From: Actinomycetota bacterium
GTDB lineage: Bacteria; Actinomycetota; Acidimicrobiia; Spongiisociales; UBA11373
Length of the DNA: 64,000 nt
Reading direction: 5' to 3'
Assembly: GCA_020444505.1 (NCBI GenBank)
Contig: JAHLKU010000002.1
Coordinates: forward strand, 50,921-114,920
Below are positions 1 through 7,517 of the stretch, piece after piece. Each line of letters starts with the position of its first letter. Position 1 is the first letter of the stretch. The translations under genes were made by a program, and so were the position numbers. The notes below the pieces were generated by a model. It was not told the origin of the DNA, did no database searches, and saw nothing but the letters and a program-made list of their open reading frames with translations.

Positions 1-1
1 G

Positions 2-115
2 GTGCTGTACCTGCCCTACGGCATCGTCGGCACCTGGAGGGTGAAGAAGGCCGGCATCAAGGAGGGGAGAGCGCGATTGCGCCGCATGTTCGAGCGGGCG
101 CTGTCGAGATCGTGA
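2..115 (+). CDS. 3' end of a CDS that starts upstream of the window; the tail resembles a branched-chain amino-acid ABC permease (LivH/LivM-like)
   Basis: Open frame from the window edge to TGA at 113-115. The tail ...LYLPYGIVGTWRVKK is similar to Liv permease C-termini. A GAGGTGA RBS for the next gene follows. Confidence 0.3.
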   Translation: MLYLPYGIVGTWRVKKAGIKEGRARLRRMFERALSRS

Positions 116-124
116 GGTGACCCC

Positions 125-1645
125 GTGTCGTTGACGTTCGATTGGCTCGCCAAGCGGGCCGCCCTGTCGGCCGGCAAGACCGCCCTCGTGGATGCCGCCA
201 CCGGCAGGGAGTACACCTACCGGGAGTTCGACGACCGCGCCGGCCGCCTCGCCCGGGTGTGGCGGGAGGAGTGGGGCCTCGCCCCCGGCGACCGGGTCGC
301 CATCCTGGCGCACAACTCGTCGGAGTACTTCGAGGCGCTGTTCGCCGCCGCCAAGGCGGAGGTGATCCTGGTGCCGCTCAACTGGCGGCTGGCGGTGCCC
401 GAATTGGAGGGCATCGTCGCCGACGCTGCGCCGCGCGGCATCGTACACGACGCCGAGTTCGCCGACACCGCCGGCGCGCTGCTGGGAGGCATCGAGGGCG
501 GACGGCGGATCGCCTACGGCGGCGCCGTCCCCGACGGTGCGGCGGACTACGAGGCGGCGCTGGCCGCCTCGGCGCCCATGGAGATGGCGCCGCGCCCCGA
601 CGGCGACACCTGGTACATCCTCTACACGGCGGGCACCACCGGCCGCCCCAAGGGCGTCATCCAGACCTTCGAGATGGCGCTGGCCAACTACCTGAACATC
701 GGCATCCCGATCGGCCTCACCCAGGACGACACATCGCTGAACCTGCTGCCGACGTTCCACTCCGGCGGGCTCAACCTGTACGCCATCCCCACGTTCCTCG
801 CCGGAGGGACGGCGATCGTCCAGAAGGTGTTCGACCCGGCCGAGACGTTCGAGTTGATCAAGGACCGGACCACGCTGTTCTTCGGCGTGCCGGCCGTGTA
901 CCTGTTCCTGAGCCAGCACCCCGACTTCGACACCGCCGACCTGTCGGGCGTCCGGTCGTGGGCGTGCGGTGGGGCGCCGATGCCGGTGCCGCTGCTGGAG
1001 AGGTACGCGGCGCGGGGCATCGACATCCGCCAGGGGTTCGGCATGACCGAGACCGGGCCCACCGTGTTCCTGGTGGACGAGGCGCACGCGGTGTCCAAGG
1101 CGGGGTCGGTGGGGCTGCCGCAGATGTTCGTTGAGGTGCGCATCGTGGACCGGGACGGCAACGACGTCCCTCCGGGGCAGAACGGGGAGTTGCTGATTCG
1201 CGGCCCCGGCGTCACCCCCGGCTACTGGAAGCTGCCGGAGGTGACGGCGGAGTCCATCGAGGACGGGTGGCTCCACTCCGGCGACGTCGCGGTGTGCGAC
1301 GAGGACGGCTACTACGCCATCGTGGACCGGTGGAAGGACATGTACATCTCGGGCGGCGAGAACGTGTACCCGGCCGAGGTGGAGAACGTCCTCTACGGCC
1401 ACCCCGCTGTGGCCGAGGCGGCCGTCATCGGGGTGGCGAGCGAGCGGTGGGGCGAGGTCGGGCGGGCCGTCGTGGCGCTGGCCGAGGGCGCCGAGGCCAC
1501 CGCCGAGGACCTGATCGCCCACTGCGCCGAGCGCCTCGCCAAGTTCAAGGTGCCGGCGTCGGTGGTGTTCGTGGACGCGTTGCCCCGCAACGCAGCGGGC
1601 AAGGTGCTGAAGCAGGACCTGCGGGCCGACCATGGCGCTGCCTGA
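125..1645 (+). CDS. AMP-dependent acyl-CoA synthetase/ligase (long-chain fatty acid-CoA ligase family)
   Basis: 506-aa ORF with a GTG start after a GAGGTGA RBS. It carries the AMP-binding signature YTAGTTGRPKGV and a C-terminal KVLK motif. Confidence 0.9.
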   Translation: MSLTFDWLAKRAALSAGKTALVDAATGREYTYREFDDRAGRLARVWREEWGLAPGDRVAILAHNSSEYFEALFAAAKAEVILVPLNWRLAVPELEGIVADAAPRGIVHDAEFADTAGALLGGIEGGRRIAYGGAVPDGAADYEAALAASAPMEMAPRPDGDTWYILYTAGTTGRPKGVIQTFEMALANYLNIGIPIGLTQDDTSLNLLPTFHSGGLNLYAIPTFLAGGTAIVQKVFDPAETFELIKDRTTLFFGVPAVYLFLSQHPDFDTADLSGVRSWACGGAPMPVPLLERYAARGIDIRQGFGMTETGPTVFLVDEAHAVSKAGSVGLPQMFVEVRIVDRDGNDVPPGQNGELLIRGPGVTPGYWKLPEVTAESIEDGWLHSGDVAVCDEDGYYAIVDRWKDMYISGGENVYPAEVENVLYGHPAVAEAAVIGVASERWGEVGRAVVALAEGAEATAEDLIAHCAERLAKFKVPASVVFVDALPRNAAGKVLKQDLRADHGAA

Positions 1646-2021
1646 GCCCGGCGCCGCCTTCACCCGGCGGCGCACCTTCACCCAGGGCGACTTCGACCGG
1701 TTCGCCGGGCTGTCGGGCGACGACAACCCCATCCACGTCGATGCGGAGTACTCGGCGGCGGCGGCGTTCGGCAGGCCGGTGGCGCACGGCATGTTCCTGT
1801 ACTCCTGCCTGTGCGGGCTGCTGGCCGAGGCGTTCCCCGGCGCCGTGCAGCGACGCCAGGACCTGAAGTTCCCGGCGCCCACCTTCACCGGCGAGCAGAT
1901 GACGCTGCGGGCCGAGGTCTCCTCGTCGTCGCCCGGCGAAGTGGTGGTGGCCACCGAGGTGACACGCGCCGACGGCACCGTCACCGCCACCGGGTCGGCC
2001 GTGCTCCGGGTGGCGTCGTGA
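1632..2021 (+). CDS. MaoC-like (R)-specific enoyl-CoA hydratase, hotdog fold
   Basis: 129 aa; FTQGDFDRFAGLSGDDNPIHVD...HGM is the MaoC dehydratase signature. It overlaps the upstream stop. Confidence 0.8.
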   Translation: MALPEPGAAFTRRRTFTQGDFDRFAGLSGDDNPIHVDAEYSAAAAFGRPVAHGMFLYSCLCGLLAEAFPGAVQRRQDLKFPAPTFTGEQMTLRAEVSSSSPGEVVVATEVTRADGTVTATGSAVLRVAS

Positions 2022-2023
2022 GC

Positions 2024-2776
2024 ATGGTGGCCGCCTCCGTGCAGGGCCCGGTGGGGCTGATCGAACTGCAGCGGCCCGAACGCCACAACAGCCTGGTGCC
2101 CGAGTTGCTGGAGGACCTGCTCGCCGCCCACCGGGAGATGGCCGACGCCGGGGTGGGAGCGGCGGTGCTGGCGGCGGCCGGGCCCACGTTCTCCACCGGC
2201 GGCGACATCAAGGGCATCATGGGCGCCGACGACACGGTGGCCAACGCGGCGCGCCTGGTGGGCCTCCTCAACGAGGTGATCCTGGCCATGGTGGGCGGCC
2301 CGGTGCCGATGGTGGGCGCCGTCCACGGCGTGGTCACCGGCGGGTCGATCGGCCTGGTGCTGGCGTGCGACCACGTGGTGATGGGCTCACAGGTGACGAT
2401 GCGCCCCTGGTACGCCGCGGTCGGCTTCGCCCCCGACGGAGGCTGGACCGCCCTGCTGCCGGAGCGCATCGGCTCGCTGCGGGCCCGGAGCATCCTGCTC
2501 ACCGACGCCACCGTCTCCGCCGCCGAGGCGCTGCAGTGGGGCATCGCCGACGAGGTGGTGCCCGCACCGCGGGTGCGCGAGCGCGCCCTGGCCGCCGCCG
2601 CCCGCATCGCAGGCGGCAAGGCCGGCACCCGGGCGGTGATCCGCCGCCTCGCCGGGCCCGATCTGGAGGCGCTGGCCGCCCGGCTCGAGGCCGAGCGGCA
2701 GGCGTTCCTGGAACTGGTCGTTGGCGACGAGGCCCGGGACGGCATGGACCGATTCCTGCGGGGGGACCTGACGTGA
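2024..2776 (+). CDS. enoyl-CoA hydratase/isomerase (crotonase family)
   Basis: Start ATG at 2024, which is Met72 of track ORF 1811..2776. The crotonase fold shows IELQRPERHNSL...FSTGGDIKG. Confidence 0.85.
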   Translation: MVAASVQGPVGLIELQRPERHNSLVPELLEDLLAAHREMADAGVGAAVLAAAGPTFSTGGDIKGIMGADDTVANAARLVGLLNEVILAMVGGPVPMVGAVHGVVTGGSIGLVLACDHVVMGSQVTMRPWYAAVGFAPDGGWTALLPERIGSLRARSILLTDATVSAAEALQWGIADEVVPAPRVRERALAAAARIAGGKAGTRAVIRRLAGPDLEALAARLEAERQAFLELVVGDEARDGMDRFLRGDLT

Positions 2777-3177
2777 GGCACGCCGACACGTTCTCCCTGC
2801 GTTTGGGCGACTCGGCCACCCGGGTGCGTTCGTTCACCGCCGCCGACATCGAGGGCTATCGGGACCTCTCGGGCGACCCGGGCCTGGGCTTCGGGGACGG
2901 CGCCGGGGGCGTGCCGGGCCCGCTGCTGGCCGGCATGATCTCCGACCTGCTCGGCACCACGCTGCCGGGGCTGGGGACGATGTGGATGAAACAGTCCCTG
3001 GAGTACGGCGGCTCGGCGCCGGTGGGCGCCGAGGTGACCGCCGAGGTGACGATCACCCGCATGGTCCCCGAGAAGGGCCTCGTCTACCTCGACTCGGCAT
3101 GCCGGGTGGGCGGCGAGACGGTGGTGGCGGGCTCCACCCTGGTCATGGTCCCGAACCTGGGCGAGCGGGCGACATAG
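2773..3177 (+). CDS. MaoC/hotdog-fold dehydratase domain protein
   Basis: GTG start overlapping the upstream TGA (GTGA). VRHADTFSLRLGD...LVMVPN shows a hotdog-like C-terminal pattern. The upstream part of track ORF 2365..3177 is an Arg-rich artefact. Confidence 0.7.
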   Translation: MRHADTFSLRLGDSATRVRSFTAADIEGYRDLSGDPGLGFGDGAGGVPGPLLAGMISDLLGTTLPGLGTMWMKQSLEYGGSAPVGAEVTAEVTITRMVPEKGLVYLDSACRVGGETVVAGSTLVMVPNLGERAT

Positions 3178-3202
3178 CCCGTTTCCCTCCCTCAAGGGAC
3201 GG
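3178..3202. terminator. hairpin directly after the hotdog gene stop, in a convergent gap
   Basis: CCCGTTTCCCT-CCCTCA-AGGGACGG: imperfect stem of about 9 bp with no U-tract, as is common in high-GC genomes. Confidence 0.3.
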
Positions 3203-3211
3203 TGCACGTGC

Positions 3212-3234
3212 ATGACGCCTGAGAGGGGCGTCAT
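3212..3234. terminator. perfect 8-bp stem-loop between convergent genes; candidate bidirectional terminator
   Basis: ATGACGCC-tgagagg-GGCGTCAT, 16 nt downstream of the clp-like gene stop. Confidence 0.4.
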
Positions 3235-3249
3235 CAACGGCCGGGTGCG

Positions 3250-5574
3250 CTACGACAACGCGATCACCATCGCCGTGCCGTCGATGCGGCGGGTGGGCAG
3301 CGCGCCGACCTCCTCGCCCTCGGCCAGTTCGAGGCGGACCTCCTCGATGCCCTGCAACTCGCCCTGGACGTCGGCGATGGCCAGCTGCTCCAGGATGCGG
3401 TGGCGCAGGATCGAGGTGAGGTGGCGGACACCGAAGCGCGGCTGCCACTGGTCCACCAGGTGATCGACGATGGCCGGGTCCCAGGTGAGCGTGTAGCCCT
3501 GCAACTCGGCGGCGCCCTCCAGGCCGTCGAGTTGCCGCTCCAGGATGACCCGGATGTCGTCCTGGTCGAGCGCCTCGAACACCACGAAGTCGATGTTGCG
3601 GCCCAGGAACTCCTCACGGAACCCGCGGCGCCGCAGGTCGTCCATCACGCTGTCGCGGGTCACCCGCGGCGTCCCCGACCCCGCCGTGTTCGCCTCCTGC
3701 CCCGGCGGGGCGAAGCCGATCGGCCCTCCGCCGGCCTCGTAGGTGGTGCCGGCGTTGGTGGTGAACACGATGAACGCCCGCCGGAAGTCGAGCAGGTTGT
3801 CGTCGGTGTCGTTGACCCGGCCCTCGTCGAGGATCTGCAGCAGCAGGTCGGCGATGGCCGGGTTGGCCTTCTCGATCTCGTCGAACAGGACCACGCACTC
3901 GGGCATGTCGCGGATCTTGGACAGCAGGCCGCCCTCGCCGCGGGCGTAGCCCAGGTAGCCGCGGGGCACGCCGAGCAACTGGTTGGCGATGACGCCCTTG
4001 GCGTCGATGCCGCGGCCGGCGATGGTGTTGCAGTCGATGCGGAGCAGCGCCTCCCGCCCCCCGCCGAGCAGCTTGGCGAGTTGCTTGGCGGTCTCGGTCT
4101 TGCCGACGCCGGTGGGCCCCCCGAAGAAGAAGATGCCCTGCGGCTCGCCCTTCTTGCCCCAGCCGGCGCTGAGGCCGGCGACGAACGACTCGGCGATCTT
4201 CCGCAGCGCCCCGTCCTGGCCCACGATCTTCGCCTGGAGATGCTCCAGCACCTTCTCGATGGTCAGCGCCTCGGGCCGCACCAGGCCGTGGCCGACGGCG
4301 TCCTCGAGCGCCTCCTGGATGGCGGCCTCGGTGAGCACGGTGGCCTCCGGGTCGTCGATGCTGGTGAGGGCGCACGCCTCGTCGAGGATCTGGATGGCCT
4401 TGTCGGGCTGGTACCGGGTGGGGAGGTGCTCGTCGGTGAGGTCGACGGCCTTCTCCAGCATCTCGTCGGGCACCGTGAGCGGGGCGTAGTGGGCCTCCAG
4501 CCGGGGGCGCCGCGCCTCCAGGATGCGGATGGTGGCCTCGCGCGACGGCGGGTCCACCTTCAGCACCCCGAAGCGCCGCTCCAGGGCGCGGTCGGGGGCG
4601 ATGTGGTGGCGGTACTCGGCGATCGTGGTGGCGCCGATGATGGTGATCGTGCCGCGGCCCAGCGCCTGCTTGAACGCTTCGTTGGCGTCGGAGAAGGCGG
4701 TGCGCTGGTGCATGCCGCTCGACAGCAGCGAGTGCACCTCGTCCACGAACATCAGCACCTTGGGGCTGGCCTCCAGCACCTTGATGAGCGCCGACACCCG
4801 CTTGTCGTACTCGCCGACGACGCCCGCGCCGGCCCGCAGGAACGACGGCGACAACTCGAACACGTCGCAGTCGCGCAGGCGGGGGTCGATGGTCTCGTCG
4901 CCGATGAGCAGGCGGCGGGCGAACTCCAGCACCAGGGCGGTCTTGCCGGTGCCGGGGTGGCCGGTGACGATCACGTTGCGCCGCTTCATCTTCAGCAGCG
5001 TCTTCTGCAGGCGGCGCAACTCCACGTCCATCTCGACCACCGACCCGGCGGGCGGCTCGCCCTCGGTGAGCATGCGGCCGTACGACGAGAGCGCTTCCAG
5101 GGCCTCGGCGCGCGCCCCCGACGACCGCCACTCGCCCGTCTCGGCGCCCCCGGCCTCCGCCGACGATGCCTTCGCGGCCGGCGGCCTGGGCGGCGCCTCG
5201 TGGCCGCGCACGACCTTGGCGGCCCGCTCGACGTACTTGGCCGGCAGCCCGGCGCCGACCAGGAAGCCCTTCCCGGCGTCGCTCTCCAGCAGCGCCGTCA
5301 TCAGCTCGTCGATGGTGACGAAGTCGTCGGCGTCCAGCACCTCGAACACCGGCTCGAGCCCGGCGTCCACGTCCACCGAGTCGGGGACCTTCTTGCGGCG
5401 GGTCTTGAGGTCCTCCATGTAGGTCGCGAGCTCGGGGATCGACGAGGACATCTCGCCGACCGCGTACGCCGCCGCCATCAGGACGTCGGCGGTGAGCTTG
5501 CCGTCCTCGCCGACGAAGCGTTTGGCGAGGTCGACGGCCTCCCGGGCCTCCGGTGAGAAGTGGTCGAATGCCAT
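3250..5574 (-). CDS. ClpA/ClpC-like double AAA+ ATPase (Clp_N-like N-terminal domain, two nucleotide-binding domains, IGF loop)
   Basis: Start at MAFDHF, which is Met23 of the 796-aa ORF. D1 has Walker A GHPGTGKT and Walker B FVDEVH. D2 has GGPTGVGKTE and VVLFDEIEKA. A GPIGFAPPG loop resembles the ClpP-docking IGF/IGL loop. Confidence 0.85.
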   Translation of the reverse strand: MAFDHFSPEAREAVDLAKRFVGEDGKLTADVLMAAAYAVGEMSSSIPELATYMEDLKTRRKKVPDSVDVDAGLEPVFEVLDADDFVTIDELMTALLESDAGKGFLVGAGLPAKYVERAAKVVRGHEAPPRPPAAKASSAEAGGAETGEWRSSGARAEALEALSSYGRMLTEGEPPAGSVVEMDVELRRLQKTLLKMKRRNVIVTGHPGTGKTALVLEFARRLLIGDETIDPRLRDCDVFELSPSFLRAGAGVVGEYDKRVSALIKVLEASPKVLMFVDEVHSLLSSGMHQRTAFSDANEAFKQALGRGTITIIGATTIAEYRHHIAPDRALERRFGVLKVDPPSREATIRILEARRPRLEAHYAPLTVPDEMLEKAVDLTDEHLPTRYQPDKAIQILDEACALTSIDDPEATVLTEAAIQEALEDAVGHGLVRPEALTIEKVLEHLQAKIVGQDGALRKIAESFVAGLSAGWGKKGEPQGIFFFGGPTGVGKTETAKQLAKLLGGGREALLRIDCNTIAGRGIDAKGVIANQLLGVPRGYLGYARGEGGLLSKIRDMPECVVLFDEIEKANPAIADLLLQILDEGRVNDTDDNLLDFRRAFIVFTTNAGTTYEAGGGPIGFAPPGQEANTAGSGTPRVTRDSVMDDLRRRGFREEFLGRNIDFVVFEALDQDDIRVILERQLDGLEGAAELQGYTLTWDPAIVDHLVDQWQPRFGVRHLTSILRHRILEQLAIADVQGELQGIEEVRLELAEGEEVGALPTRRIDGTAMVIALS

Positions 5575-5682
5575 GTCTGCTCCCTTGCCCTCGGCGCCCG
5601 CCCGCGACCGGCCACCCGGCCGGGGCGGGACGTCTCCCATCGTCGGTCCACGGCTCTGCCCGCCACCAGGGGAGAACGTCCC

Positions 5683-7404
5683 CTACGGCCGGGAACCACC
5701 CGGTTCGCCGGTCCGGATCACCCGGTACCCGGCCCGTGCCAGCAGCTGGGGCACCGACCGGGCGGCGAGGCGGTCCAGGTCCTTGATCTCCTCGGCCTCC
5801 GGCCCGGTGAGCCGGTCCCACGGCACCAGGTAGGGGCTCGTCTTCTTTTCGGGGTCGCGGGGGCCGTCCTTCCACCCGTCGCTGCGCCGCTGCCGCACGA
5901 ACCGCTCGTGCTCGAAGCGGGCGAGCTCCTCGATCTCGTCGTCGGTGAGCGGCTCCGGCGGCGCGTCCCAATCGTCCAGCGGGGCCACCCCGCACCCGAT
6001 CCGGCGCAGCTTCTCGCCGAGATGGGCTGCCTGCGCCCGGTTGGAGCGCCGCAGGCTCTCGGGGAGGTGCTCCCACGCCATCAGGGACGGGTCGTCCGGT
6101 CGGGCACCGGTGGACAGGCGCAGGTCCACGTAGGCGGCGTGGATCTCCCTGGCGAGCCGCTCGCCGAGGCCGGCGAGGAGGATGTCGGCGTGCAGCAGCC
6201 GGTCGGGGATGAGGAAGGGGTGGATCGCCCTGGTGCCCGACGCGCCGGAGGTGAGCATCGCCGCCATCCCGGCCCAGTGGCCGAGTGCCACCACGATCGG
6301 CGTGCCCGGCAGTTGCTCGGCCAGCGACAGGGTGATGGCGATCGCCGTGGTGTCCTCGTCGAGGCACACGAACACCAGGCGGCACGACGCCAGCCGCTCG
6401 ACGTCGGCGGGCACGAGCGGGTCGGGGCCGCCGATGCGCTCCACCTCGGCGCCGGCGCGCAGTTGCGGGAACCGGGCGTGGAGGCGCTCGACGACGCCCT
6501 CCTCCTCGGCGATGACCACGCGCACCGGGTCGCGAGCGTGGCGGCGGCGCACCCGGGCGGCCTCCGACACCACGGCGGCGGCCACGTCGTTGCCCCCGAC
6601 CACGCCGATCGCGGCCGGGCCGTCCCCGGCCAGGAACCCGGCGTGCTCCTCCAGCATGATGGCCGCCGCCTCCTCGGCGACGTTGAAGAACTCGAGGCGG
6701 AATCCCTCCGCCTGTGGGCCGGCGAGCGTCTCGGTGCGCAGGATGCGGCACAACTGCGGGTCGCGGATGTGGGCCAGGCACACCACCGGGTTCTCGGCCG
6801 ACTCCAGGTAGACGGTGCGGGCGGCGAGCGCCACCTCGGCGCTGACCTCGTCGGCGCCGGCCAGCACCACGATGTGGTCCGCCGCCTCGGCGCGGGCCTC
6901 CCGCAGCACGTCGGGGTCCCTGGCGTCCCCGACCACCACCGACACCTTCGACCGCCCGATCGAGGCGACGGCCTCCTCGTCGAGGTCCAGGTCGACGGCC
7001 ACGACGTCGTGGCCCTGTTCCACCAGGCGCTCGACCAGTTCCAGGCCCAGCCAGCCGAGGCCGGCCACCACCACGTGGCCGCTGCGGCGCTTGAGGCGCC
7101 AGCGATCGATGCGCGACCGGAAGATCTCCACCAGGGCCCGCCCCAGGGCGTAGGCGGTGGCGGCGGGGGCGGCGAACCGGGCGATCTCGAGTGTGATCGG
7201 CGGCGACGGGCCGGCCGCGTTCCCGGATTCGACGGTGAACAACTGCAGCGACAGGTAGGCGATGTCCACGGCCGAGCGCTCGCTGCCGAGCCGTGTGTGG
7301 AAGCCCAGGTACCCGAGCACGAAGGCGGTGGCCGCCAGCAGGGCGACGAGGGGCCACCCCATCAGCCTCCGCATCCAGCGCACCCGATTCCCGGTCCCGG
7401 CCAT
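5683..7404 (-). CDS. 2TM cation-channel pore + tandem RCK/TrkA-N domains + C-terminal RyR domain protein
   Basis: 573 aa. TM1 is WPLVALLAATAFVLGYLGF. A pore-helix and filter-like segment AYLSLQLFTVESGNAAGPSP is NaK/CNG-like rather than GYG-containing. A TM2 follows, then Rossmann motifs VVVAGLGWLGLE and IGVVGGNDV. The C-terminal block is LRRSNRAQAAHLGEKL...EHERFVRQRRSDGWKDGPRDPEKKTSPYLVPWDRL, matching the RyR repeat (RyR domain, PF02026). Confidence 0.8.
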   Translation of the reverse strand: MAGTGNRVRWMRRLMGWPLVALLAATAFVLGYLGFHTRLGSERSAVDIAYLSLQLFTVESGNAAGPSPPITLEIARFAAPAATAYALGRALVEIFRSRIDRWRLKRRSGHVVVAGLGWLGLELVERLVEQGHDVVAVDLDLDEEAVASIGRSKVSVVVGDARDPDVLREARAEAADHIVVLAGADEVSAEVALAARTVYLESAENPVVCLAHIRDPQLCRILRTETLAGPQAEGFRLEFFNVAEEAAAIMLEEHAGFLAGDGPAAIGVVGGNDVAAAVVSEAARVRRRHARDPVRVVIAEEEGVVERLHARFPQLRAGAEVERIGGPDPLVPADVERLASCRLVFVCLDEDTTAIAITLSLAEQLPGTPIVVALGHWAGMAAMLTSGASGTRAIHPFLIPDRLLHADILLAGLGERLAREIHAAYVDLRLSTGARPDDPSLMAWEHLPESLRRSNRAQAAHLGEKLRRIGCGVAPLDDWDAPPEPLTDDEIEELARFEHERFVRQRRSDGWKDGPRDPEKKTSPYLVPWDRLTGPEAEEIKDLDRLAARSVPQLLARAGYRVIRTGEPGGSRP

Positions 7405-7517
7405 GCTCCCCGCGTCCCGTCGCGTTCTGTCAGGCTAGAGAAACGCGAGGGGCCGATGGCCTCTGGACGCCGATGGCTCCCGCCGGGGAGCATGGGCGGG
7501 CAGAGCGGGGAGGACCG
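7405..7517. promoter_or_regulatory. shared divergent promoter region between the two RyR-domain genes
   Basis: 113-bp gap between the divergent starts. A GGAGGA RBS sits 5 nt before ATG 7518. Confidence 0.4.

Noticed and set aside
5575-5640. N-terminal extension MGDVPPRPGG... of the Clp-like ORF
   Set aside because: The Clp_N-like domain begins at MAFDHF. The extension is Pro/Arg/Gly-rich with no RBS.
5665-5684. hairpin AGGGGA-gaacg-TCCCCT at the channel gene stop as an attenuator
   Set aside because: It has only a 6-bp stem and no U-tract, and it overlaps the stop codon. I noted it but did not call it a terminator.
3614-7357. 1247-aa minus-strand ORF and similar giant ORFs (5560..7521, 7362..9887, 13030..14610, 16289..17728, 28606..30132, 38186..41602 upper part, 41082..44435, 59363..62821)
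   Set aside because: The products are Arg/Gly/Pro/Ala-rich low-complexity strings. They are antisense or out of frame relative to genes with clear domains, as expected from stop-codon depletion in about 72% GC DNA.
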